From positions 235,972,001 through 236,036,000 of the forward strand of contig OZ024741.1 in assembly GCA_964016885.1 (NCBI GenBank): a stretch of 64,000 nucleotides of DNA, read 5' to 3'. The notes below the pieces were generated by a model. That model was given only the letters and a program-made list of their open reading frames with translations, was not told the DNA's origin and made no database searches. This DNA comes from Eledone cirrhosa (taxonomy: Eukaryota). Within the stretch, counting starts at the first letter, position 1. Every line of letters begins with the position of its first letter. The position numbers and the translations under genes are program-made. Shown piece after piece: positions 22,709 through 33,766 of the stretch.

Positions 22709-24683
22709 ATCATCATCATCATCATCATCATCACCGTTTTACGTCCGTTCTTCCACGCTAGCATGGGTTAGACGGGTTGTCCTGTTGTGGGCAGTGTCTG
22801 GTCGGCTGACCATGCCTTGCTCATACAGGAACTGATCTGGCTTGATTTCTACAGCTGGATGCCCTTCCTAACACCAACCTCATTTACAGTGAGTGCTGGG
22901 TGCTTTTTCGTGGCGCCTACACGTCCACTTTACAGTGTGGGCTGGGTGCTTTTTTGCCGTGGCACCTCCACGGCCACCTTGCGGTGGGGGGGGGGGGGGG
23001 GCATATTGTTTATATGCTTCAGCATGTACCCATGGGAGGTCGGGTACCCTGTATTACTGCGTGACGCCAGAAGTCACGGTCGTGTGTCATTGACTTTGAG
23101 AGGTGTAGTTGGGTAAGGTCGGCTTTTATCACCTCATCCCAAGTCATCTTGGGTCTCCCCACTCCGCGGTTTCCATCAACTTCTAGTGCTCTGCACCTTT
23201 TTATGCAGCTGTCATCCTTCATACGCATCACATGTCCATACCAGCGTAACCGCCTCTCCTGCACGCAGCATTTGATTCCTCTTATGCTCAGTCTCTCTCT
23301 CAATTCCTTTATGCTTTGTCGTTCACGTATATTACTGTTACACATCCATCGGAGCATGCAGGCTTCGTTTCTCTCTAATCTACGTAAGTCTTCCACCTTC
23401 AGCGCCCAGGTCTCACTACCATGCAACATCGCTGTTCGGATACACGCATCATACAGTCTGCCTTTCATTCTGAGGGAGAAGCCTTTTGCAGCTAGCAGTG
23501 GTAGTAGTTCCCTAAACTTCTTCCATCCCGTTCTTACCCTAGTTATTGTACTTTCTGAGCACCCACCTCCGTTGCTAATTCGGTCACCTAGGTAGCAGAA
23601 GCTGTCTACTGTTTCTACAGGGCCCTCCCAGAGATTGGTGGTACTTGTTTCCTGTGGCTGTTTGCTTGCTGTTTCAGCACAGCTGCTGCATGTGAATCCT
23701 ACATTCTTAATTAAGCTTCCTGAGATCCCGCTACATCTCTTGTGTACCCATTGTTTGCATTTGGGGCAGAGAATGGAGTTCCTACCTACACCTTTCCTAC
23801 ATACTGAGCAAGGCCATTTCCCTGAGGGGATCTGGGTTCTATTTTCTCGTCTACTTACAAGGACCTTAGTCTTTGTCATGTTGACTTTGAGGCCCTTTCT
23901 CTCTAGTCCCTGCTTCCAGGTTTGGAATTTATTCTCTAGTTCTACCATAGATTCAGCTATGAGTGCGAGGTCATCAGCATACAGGAGTTCCCATGGGCAT
24001 CCGGTCTTAAACTCCTCCGTTATTGCCTGCAGGACTATGATGAACAGGAGAGGGCTAAGAACAGAGCCCTGGTGGACCCCAACCTGTACGCTAAATTCCT
24101 CGCTATACTCATTGCCAATCCTAACTTTGCTGACTGCTCCCCTATACATGGCTTGTACCGCTTTCACAAGCCATTCATCTACTCCTAGTTTTCTAAGAGC
24201 CCACCAGATTACTGCACGTGGAACTCTGTCAAAGGCTTTCTCAAGGTCGACAAATGCCAAGTAGAGTGGCTTACTTTTAGCTAGGTACTTTTCCTGTAAT
24301 TGCCTCACAAGGAAGAGGGCATCAGTGGTGCCTTTCCCTGGTACAAACCCAAATTGCATCTCGTCTATATTCACCCGGTCCCTAATCAGCTGTGCTATAA
24401 CTCTTTCTGTTACTTTCATGACCTGGTCCATCAACTTTATACCTCTATAGTTTCCTCTATCTAGTGCATCGCCTTTACCTTTATAGCAGTTGACAATGAT
24501 GCTACTGCACCAATCTTTTGGTATGGCCCCCTCTAGTATTACCTGGTTAACGATACGTGTGGTTATAGTGTGACCTACAGACCCAGATGCCTTCAGCATC
24601 TCGGCAGCTATACCCGATGGACCGGTTGCCTTCCCTATCTTCATATCTCTGATTGCCTTACTTACTACGCTGCCGCTGACTTG
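22709..24683 (-). mobile_element. 5'-truncated young RTE LINE: intact RT with embedded C4HC3 finger, 3'UTR, (GAT)n tail
   Basis: About 550 uninterrupted codons: [55 protein letters not shown]; stop at 23019. Confidence 0.97.
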
Positions 24684-24905
24684 TATATATATATATGTAT
24701 ATATATATGTATATATATGTATATATGTATATATATGTATGTATATATGTATATATATATGTATATATATGTATATATATATGTATATATATATGTATAT
24801 ATATGTATATATATATGTATATATATGTATATATATATGTGTATATATATGTATATATATATGTATATATATATGTATATATATATGTATATATATATGT
24901 ATATA

Positions 24906-24952
<47 letters not shown>

Positions 24953-25181
24953 ATATATGTATATATATATGTATATATATGTATATGTATATGTATATAT
25001 ATATGTATATATATATGTATATATATGTATATATATATGTATATATATATGTATATATATATGTATATATATATGTATATATATATGTATATATATATGT
25101 ATATATATATATGTATATATATGTATATATATATGTATATATATATGTATATATGTATATATATATATATATGTATATTAT

Positions 25182-25473
25182 GTTGGTGCCACACCATCCA
25201 GGCCGAAACAAATGAGATCGTGTAGGTGTCACGACAAAAAAACACACAGTCCACGCTGTAATGTGGCCGTGTAGGCAACACGGTAAAAACCTCCCAGACC
25301 CACACTGTAAATGAGGTTGGTGTTAGGAAGGGCATCCAACTGTAGAAAACCTGCCAGACAGTCCTATGCGAGCAAGACAATCACTCTTGCCTCAAGTGGG
25401 AAAACCCCCGTCCAAACCCATGCCAGCGTGGAACACGGACGTTAAACGTTGATGATGATGATGATGATGATGA
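25182..25473 (+). mobile_element. RTE 3'UTR fragment (second subfamily) with (GAT)n tail
   Basis: Matches the 6087-6284 copy in opposite orientation. Confidence 0.8.
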
Positions 25474-25523
25474 TATATGTATATATATATGTATATGTAT
25501 ATATATATATATGTATATATATG

Positions 25524-25556
<33 letters not shown>

Positions 25557-25608
25557 GTGTATATATATGTGTATATATATGTGTGTATATATGTGTGTAT
25601 ATATATGT

Positions 25609-25980
25609 GTCAAAGGGCAAAGGAGCTCTTAAGAGTCAATGGCCATCCAAAATCACCGGGAGAGATGACCCCTTAGCCTTTGTCAAGGCAGAATTCTAGG
25701 AGAAGGAAAACTCTGATATTACACCTGCAACCCTGACGGTATCCAATGATGTTGACTTGTTCTTCTTTTTGGTAAATATCATCTTGGTTAAGAGAGTGGG
25801 ACTGGCTTTGTGCAGTGCCTTTGCTCACTATAAAAGTTTCACGGCACAGGCATTGCTTTATATCTGGAGATCTCTCTGCACTTGTCGTCACATGGAACCA
25901 CGGGCCCAGCACTATGTGTCAATGATTGTCATAAGTGTAGTGTTTGTACCAGAGTTTTCAAGTCGCTGGCTGGACTAAAA
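25609..25980 (+). mobile_element. Probable 5' region of an RTE-like element
   Basis: ctaggagaaggaaaactctga (25696-25716) resembles a motif I recall from RTE 5' leaders (unverified); ends in a half C2H2-like frame CSVCTRVFKSLAGLK. Confidence 0.4.
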
Positions 25981-26471
25981 TGGATGATAGCTGCATAAAA
26001 AGGTGCAGAGCACTAGAAGTTGATGGAAACCGCGGAGTGGGGAGACCCAAGATGACCTGGGATGAGGTGATAAAAGCCGACCTTACCCAATTACACCTCT
26101 CAAAGACAATGACACACGACCATGACTTCTGGCGTCACGCAGTAATACAGAGTACCCGACCTCCCATGGGTACAAGCTGAAGCATATAGACAATATGCCC
26201 CCACCTCGTGGAGGTGCCACGGCAAAAAAGCACCCAGCCCACACTGTAAAGTGGACGTGTAGGCGCCACGGAAAAAAGTACCCAGCACTCACTGTAAATG
26301 AGGTTGGTGTTAGGAAGGGCATCCAGCTGTAGAAACCAAGCCAAATCAGTTCCTGTACGAGCAAGGCATGGTCAGCCGACCAGACACTGCCCACAACAGG
26401 ACAACCCGTCTAACCCATGCTAGCGTGGAAGAACGGACGTAACGTAAAACGGTGATGATGATGATGATGAT
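25981..26471 (+). mobile_element. RTE LINE 3' end (third copy of the young family)
   Basis: [29 protein letters not shown] plus 3'UTR and (GAT)n. Confidence 0.93.
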
Positions 26472-26539
26472 TTATATTTATATATATTTATATTTATATA
26501 TATATATATATATGTATATTTATATTTATTTATATATAC

Positions 26540-26881
26540 GGAGGCACATGGCTTAGTGGTTAGAGCATTGGCCTTGCAATCGAAAGTTTGTGAGTTCAAT
26601 TCTGAGACCGGGTGATGTGTTGTTTCCTTGAGCAAGACACTTTATTTCACATTGCTCCAGTTTACTCAGCTGTAGAAATGAGATGATAGGGACTGGGGTC
26701 CCTATCATTCCACTGCAAAGTGGATGTGTAGGCGCCACGAAAAAGCACCCAGCACTCACTGTAAATGAGGTTGGTGTTAGGAAGGGCATCCAGCTGTAGA
26801 AATCAAGCCAGAACCAGTTCCCGTCCCACCCTTGCAAGCAGGGAAAAGCAGACGTAAAATGATGATGATGATGATGATGAT
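26540..26881 (+). mobile_element. tRNA/CORE-like SINE with RTE tail
   Basis: Same family as 5655 and 21494. Confidence 0.9.
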
Positions 26882-27210
26882 ACGTATATTTATATTTATT
26901 TATATATATGTATATTTATATTTATTTATATTTATTTATATATATGTATATTTATATTTATTTATATATATGTATATTTATATTTATTTATATATATGTA
27001 TATTTATATTTATTTATATATATTTATATATATATATATTTATATTTATTTATATATATGTATATTTATATATATGTATATTTATATATATATATATATA
27101 TATTTATATTTATTTATATATATGTATATTTATATATATATATATGTATATTTATATCTATATATATATGGATATTTATATATATATATGGATATTTATA
27201 TATGTATATT

Positions 27211-27241
<31 letters not shown>

Positions 27242-27252
27242 TTATATATGTA

Positions 27253-27283
<31 letters not shown>

Positions 27284-27300
27284 GGATATTTATATATGTA

Positions 27301-27337
<37 letters not shown>

Positions 27338-27354
27338 TTATATTTATATATGTA

Positions 27355-27393
<39 letters not shown>

Positions 27394-27588
27394 TTATATA
27401 TGTATATTTATATATATATATGTATATTTATATTTATATATGGATATTTTTATATATATATATATATATGTATATTTATATATGTATATTTATATATGTA
27501 TATTTATATATATATATATATATATATGTATATTTATATTTATATATGGATATTTATATATATATATTTATATTTATATATGGATATT

Positions 27589-27621
<33 letters not shown>

Positions 27622-27957
27622 GTATATTTATATATATATTTATATTTATATATGTAAATTTTTATATATATATATATATATATATGTATATTTTTATATA
27701 TATATATATATATGTATATTTATATATATATGTATATTTATATATATATATGTATATTTATATATATATATGTATATTTATATTTATATATATTTATATT
27801 TATATATATTTATATATATATATGTATATTTATATTTATATATATTTATATTTATATATATTTATATATATATATGTATATTTATATATATATATGTATA
27901 TTTATATATATATGTATATTTATATATATATATATGTATATATATACATATATATAT
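26882..27957. repeat. (TA)n array with TATTTA / TGGATATTTA variant units
   Basis: Seen directly. Confidence 0.9.
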
Positions 27958-28280
27958 AGAGGATATGCAACGGCTGGAGAGAAATGAGGCAAGCATTCTC
28001 CGTTGGATGTGCAGTGTCAATGTCCGCGAACGACCCAGCATAAATGTGTTGAGAGAGAAACTTTATCTGAGAGGGATAGAATATAGTGTGCGAGAGAGGA
28101 GACTGAGGTGGTATGGACATGTGATTCGCATGGAGGATGACCGATGGGCGAAGAAGTGCCAGGAAATGCCAGTTGAAGGAAGACGTGGTAGAGGTAGTCC
28201 ACGAAAAACATGGGCGAAGGTGGTGAGAACAAACCTCAGATCGCTGAAGCTCACGGTGGAGATGACGACACGGAACTCTG
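27958..28280 (+). mobile_element. RTE C-terminal fragment, divergent subfamily
   Basis: [18 protein letters not shown]...RRLRWYGHV...[10 protein letters not shown]. Confidence 0.9.
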
Positions 28281-28289
28281 GATTAACAC

Positions 28290-29660
28290 TATAGACGAGA
28301 GACCCCAAATTCTCCACTCACACTACGCTAAACCCATGGCCTCCAAATAACTGATACTCAAAAACTCAGCAATGTCCAGTAATGTTAAGTTTAATATTCT
28401 GATCGCAGACTTGGTACGAGTGATGAAGAACGTGTCCCGCATGTGCGACCCAACAGAAATGGAAAGACACATCCAACACTTCATCAACCGCATGCAGTTC
28501 TCTGGCTACAACCAAAGAGACAGAATCAAAGTATACGAAGGAGCCACGGAGAAGTATAAGACCCTCATAGAACTGGACATGAAAGGAATTTGCCCATTAT
28601 ACAGGAGCAAATCATGGAATAGCTTAGATAGGACTAGACATAAGATAGGGAATGCCACCTCATGGTACGACAACCAGAGATACCAGAGTGTCATGTTTGT
28701 GGACGCTACCCCTGGAGGGAAATTAGCTAACCAGTGTAGAAAGGCCCTTAGAAAGACCCACTTAAAGATTAAGGTGGTAGAAAAGCCCTGATCAGCAAAA
28801 CCTACCCTTTTAAGAAAACCCACTGTATTAATAGGAAATGTATTATTTGTAAAGTAAACCCCCGGATAAACTGTAAAACTAGAAATGTAGTCTATAGCAT
28901 AAGATGTAAAGAGGGTACTTGGAGAAACATGACAACAACATACATAGGCGAGACAGCTCGTAGCATAGGTGAAAGGATAGACCAACACTGGGGGTAACTA
29001 AAAGGACGAAAAAACGGTTCAGTACCATACAAACATGCCAGACAACAACACAACGGTAACATAAACAACATAGAAATTAGAATAATATCTAAACATAGAA
29101 ATGACCCAGCAGATAGGCAAATCAGAGAGGCCAGCGAAATAGAACTTAGAAGGCCAAGGCTAAACAGAAAAAAGGAATGGAATAACAACAACATCCAAAC
29201 AAACAATACTGACCTAAGAGAAGTATAAATAAATACATACACAAACACATATAAACACACACTAGTAAACTAAGATAGAATACAATAACCAATACACAGT
29301 CACCCAAACACGACACACACGCAAACACATGCGCAGAGAAGACAAAAAAAAAAAAAATAAACAGACTAAATAAAGATGGCGTAGGTATACAATACAACAG
29401 GAGGAAACAATAGCACCACTGACGATGTTGCAGATGTGCAACGAAAGAACTTTGTTAGACTATATATATGTGTTTGTGTCTATATTATATCTGTATTTCT
29501 TACCGTTGGTCAGTCAATGGTAACATTGAGGACCGAGTAAATTAAATTAACTGATATAAAAGACACAGAAGTGAAAACCAACCAAACAGTGAGTGTGTTC
29601 TGTTATTAATTCTGGCAATATTATTACACAAATATGACCCTCCCCAAGTATAACAAGATT
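28290..29660 (+). mobile_element. Penelope-like element 3' part (RT thumb, GIY-YIG endonuclease, 3' region), degraded
   Basis: HYAKPMAS...SVMFVDATPGGKLA...VVEKP; then NCKTRNVVYSIRCK...YIGETARSIGER...RQIREA..I....PRLNRKKEW, with stops and frameshifts; hammerhead-like core at 29419-29446. Confidence 0.8.
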
Positions 29661-29760
29661 TGTTTCGACACACGATTTCATATCAAAAACCTCACAAAAC
29701 TATATATATGTATATCTATATATATGTATATCTATGTATATGTATATATATATATATATA

Positions 29761-30357
29761 AATATATGAAAACATGGCGTGCTGCGTGGTTGCAAATGGG
29801 TTACATATGAATAAATTTAGTCCTTCATCAGTGATCTTCCAGCCTTCATTGGTATTTCATCGCTTTAAAGACCATATACCTCTGGTTGGTGCGAGCAACG
29901 GCTAAAGAAAGTCGTTGGGACATGTAAATAGGGGGAACGAGCGAGACAGTAAACAAACAAAGATGGTAATGCAACGAAAAGTGAGGAAGAAGGAGTCAAG
30001 TCCCTGAAATCGATGAACATAAGTTCTGTGAAATCGTAGACGAGAGAGAATAAAGACCATCCGACCTGGTCGAAATGCGAGTGAGGAAAGAATTTCGCAC
30101 AGGTGTCAAATGGGAGGAAGTAGCAGAGAGTGAGTGAGTGAAAGTGTGAGGAAGAGGCTAACAGAGTGACTGGCAGAGGGGGTAAAAGGAAGTGAGAGAT
30201 ACGGGGAAAGGGGAAGCAGTAAGTAAAAAACAGACGGGTCACAGCAGAGGAAAATATATAAATATATGAAAACATGGTGTGCTGTGTGGTTGCAAATGGG
30301 TTACATATGAATAAATTTAGTCCTTCATCAGTGATCTTCCAGCCTTCATTGGTATTT
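29761..30357. repeat. 500-bp unit with 97-bp direct terminal repeats
   Basis: 29761-29857 matches 30261-30357 except two CpG/TpG differences; TA arrays on both flanks. Confidence 0.85.
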
Positions 30358-30370
30358 ATATGTATACATG

Positions 30371-30401
<31 letters not shown>

Positions 30402-30403
30402 GT

Positions 30404-31110
30404 ACTGGCATAGCAGCATCATCATTAACTGCTACAAGGGTAAAGGAGACACCCTAGATAGGGGAAACTATAGAGGCATTAAATTAATTGACCAGGTCAT
30501 GAAGGCCACAGAAAAAGTAATAGCGCAACAAATCAGAGAGTGAATTGATCTAGATGAAATACAGTTTGGGTTTGTGTCAGGTAAAAGTACCACAGACACT
30601 CTTTTCATTGTATGACAACTACAGGAGAAGTACCTAGCTAAAAGTAAACCCTACTTAGCTTTTGTTGACTTGGGGAAAGCTTTTGACAGAGTCCCACGCC
30701 CCATTATCTGGTGGGCTCTTAGAAAACTAGGTGTTGATGAATGGCTTGTGAGAGCTATACAAGCCATGTATAAAGAAACAAACAGTCAGCAAGGTTAGAA
30801 TTAACAACGAATATAGTGAAGAGTTTAGTGTAAAAGTTGGTGTTTATCAGGGCTCCGTCCTTAACCCCCTCCTATTTATTATTGCCCTTCAGGCTATAAC
30901 AGTGGAGTTCAAGACCAGCTGCCCATGGGAACTCCTATACGCAGATGATCTAACGCTCATAGCTGAATCAATGGCTGAACTAGAGAAGAAATTCCAAACA
31001 TAGAAGCATGGCCTGGATGTGTAATAGTAATATATGTGAACGGCAATGCATAAATGAACTAAGTGAGAAATTAGGAATAAGAGGGATCAGATGCTGTTTA
31101 CTCGAGAGAA
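30404..31110 (+). mobile_element. Degraded RTE RT fragment with internal deletion, inverted relative to the adjacent RTE
   Basis: [13 protein letters not shown]...NYRGIKLIDQVMK...LYADDL, then jumps to WMCNSNI; closely similar to the reverse complement of ~31730-32333. Confidence 0.88.
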
Positions 31111-31131
31111 GTATATTACTATATTACTATA

Positions 31132-33766
31132 CGCCGTTCGCGTATATTACTATTACACATCCAACGGAGCATGCAAGCTTCGTTCCTCTCCAGTCTGCGT
31201 AGGTCCTCTGCCTACAAGGCCCATGTCTCACTGCCATGTAACATCGCTGTTTGTATGCAGGCATCACACAGCCTGCCTTTTATTTTTAGAGAGAAACCTT
31301 TAGCGGCCAATAGTGGTATAAGCTCTCTGAACTTTTTCCATCCCGTTCGGACTCTACCTACAGTACTTTCGGAGCACCCTCCACCACCTCTGATTTTGTC
31401 ACCCAGGTAACGGAAGGTGTCCACTATTTCTATAGAACCATCTGGGCAATGGAAGGAGCTAGTATCCTGTTGGCACTTACTGCTACTTATTGCACCAGAG
31501 CACCGGCCACATATAAAATCTATATTCTAAGTTAGCTTACCTGTGATCCCACTACATCTTTTATGCACCCATACTTTGCATTTGGGACATAAAATGAAGT
31601 TTCTGCCTACTCCTTTCCTACACACTGAGCATGGCCATTTCCCAGATGGGACCAGTGCCCTATTCTCCTTCCTACATATTAGGACTTTAGTCTTAGACAA
31701 GTTAACTTTAAGGCCTTTTGATTCTAGGCCATGCTTCCATGTTTGGAATTTCTTCTATAGTTCAGACATTGATTCGGCTATGAGCGTTAGATTATCTGCG
31801 TATAGAAGTTCCCATGGGTAGCCGGTCTTGAACTCCTCCGTTATAGCTTGGAGGGCGATAATAAATAGGAGGGGGCTAAGAGGGAGCCCTGATGAACACC
31901 ATCTTTTACGCTAAACTCTTCACTATATTCGTTGTTAATTCTAACCTTGCTGACTGTTTCTTTATACATGGCTTGTATAGCTCTCACAAGCCATTCATCT
32001 ACACCTAGTTTTCTAAGAGCCCACCAGATAATGGAACGGGGGACTCTGTCAAAGGCTTTCTCCAGGTCTACAAAAGCTAAGTAGAGGGGTTTACTTTTAT
32101 CTAGGTACTTCTCCTGTAGTTGTCGTACAATGAAAAGAGCATCTGTGGTACTTTTACCTGACACAAACCCGAACTGCATTTCATCTAGATCAATTCTCTC
32201 TCTGATTAGTTGCGCTATTACTTTTTCTGTGACCTTCATGACCTGGTCAATTAATTTAATGCCTCTATAGTTTCCCATATCTAGGGCATCTCCTTTACCC
32301 TTGTAGCAGTTAATGATGATGCTGCTACACCAGTCCTTTGGTACGACCCCATTCTGTATAACTTGGTTTACTATCCGGGTGACCAGAGTGTGTCCCACCG
32401 TTCCAGATGCTTTCAGCATTTCAGCAACTATTTCCGAAGGCCCAGCCACGTTGCCCGTCTTCATATCTTTGATTAACTTACTCATTATACGACCTTCAAC
32501 TAACACTGCTGGTCCCTCTATTGGATCGATGTGGGGGGAGACTGTCTTTCTCCCATTTATTCTCCTCATTTAGTAGCCTTTCGTAGTGACACTTCCAAGC
32601 TACCTTCTTATCAGCGTCAGTGATGGCAAGTACACCATCATCATTACGGACACACTTCTCCTCGACAATATCACGGTTCTCCTTGACACATTGTCTAACA
32701 ATCCTGAACACCTCACGTTTTTGGTCCTCGCGTTGTAGAACATGCTTGAACTTTCTTTCCTCTGCTTCCCTTCTTGCGAAGTACACTTGTCTCCTAGCTT
32801 CCCTCCTAGCAACTTGATAGTCTTCTCTACTTCCCCCATTCCACCATACTTTCCAAGCCTGCTTTTTGGCCTTGATTGACTCCTCCACCTTACTGTTCCA
32901 CCACCATGTTACTCTCCTCCTGCCTATAGGCTTGCTCCAGCAACAGATTTCATCTGTCGCCTTCAGCAGGTTAGCTTTCAGGAATTCCCACTGTTCCTCT
33001 ATATTGTACGACCAATTGCTCTTCCTTACTGTCAAAAGCATCAAGTAATATGTTTTTAAATTTATTACTGGCTGTGGGGTCCTTTAACTTCCATATTTTT
33101 CTCCTAAGGATAATCCTCCTCTGTTGTAGAATACGTCTCGTCCTGACTATGAGGTCGCTAACTATGAGGCTATGTTGGGAGGTGCATTCTTCATGGGGGA
33201 GGGATTTCGTGTTTACAACAGATACTCTGTCTCGTCTTCTGGTAAGGATATAATCTATCTCACTGGCGTGTTACCCTGATTTATAGGTGATCAAGTGATT
33301 GTCTCGTTTTTTGAAGTTTGTGTTACAGATAGTTAGATTATTTGCGTCACAGAATTCCAGGATTATGGAGCCTTCCTCATTTCTAGTACCAAACCCATAA
33401 CCTCCATTGATTTCATCATACACGTCACAGTGTTGTCCAACGTGACCATTTAGGTCGCCAGCAATAATTATATAGTCACTGTCGGTTATTTGGGAGGTAA
33501 TGAGCATTAACGACTCATAGAATTTGTCTTTTATAATGCCAGGCAGTCCAGATTGGGGTGCACAAGCAGATATTATTGTCACAGTAGTTCTATTGAGGAC
33601 AAGTCTTATTTTAATTATTCTATCGTTCACTCTATTTACATCTATTATCTTATCTACCCATTTTTCTGCTAGCATGATTCCTACTCCCAGCCCATTGTCA
33701 TTTCCCACCCAGAAAAGCTTATAGCATCGTTTTTTACCCACAATGAATCTAGCAGACCCACCCCTC
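31132..33766 (-). mobile_element. RTE LINE relic: APE endonuclease plus RT with embedded C4HC3 finger; stops and frameshifts
   Basis: [68 protein letters not shown]. Confidence 0.93.

Noticed and set aside
28789-28791. In-frame TGA in the PLE as possible selenocysteine
   Set aside because: Appears to replace a Gly position (VVEKPG-like) and the element has other stops and frameshifts; ordinary decay
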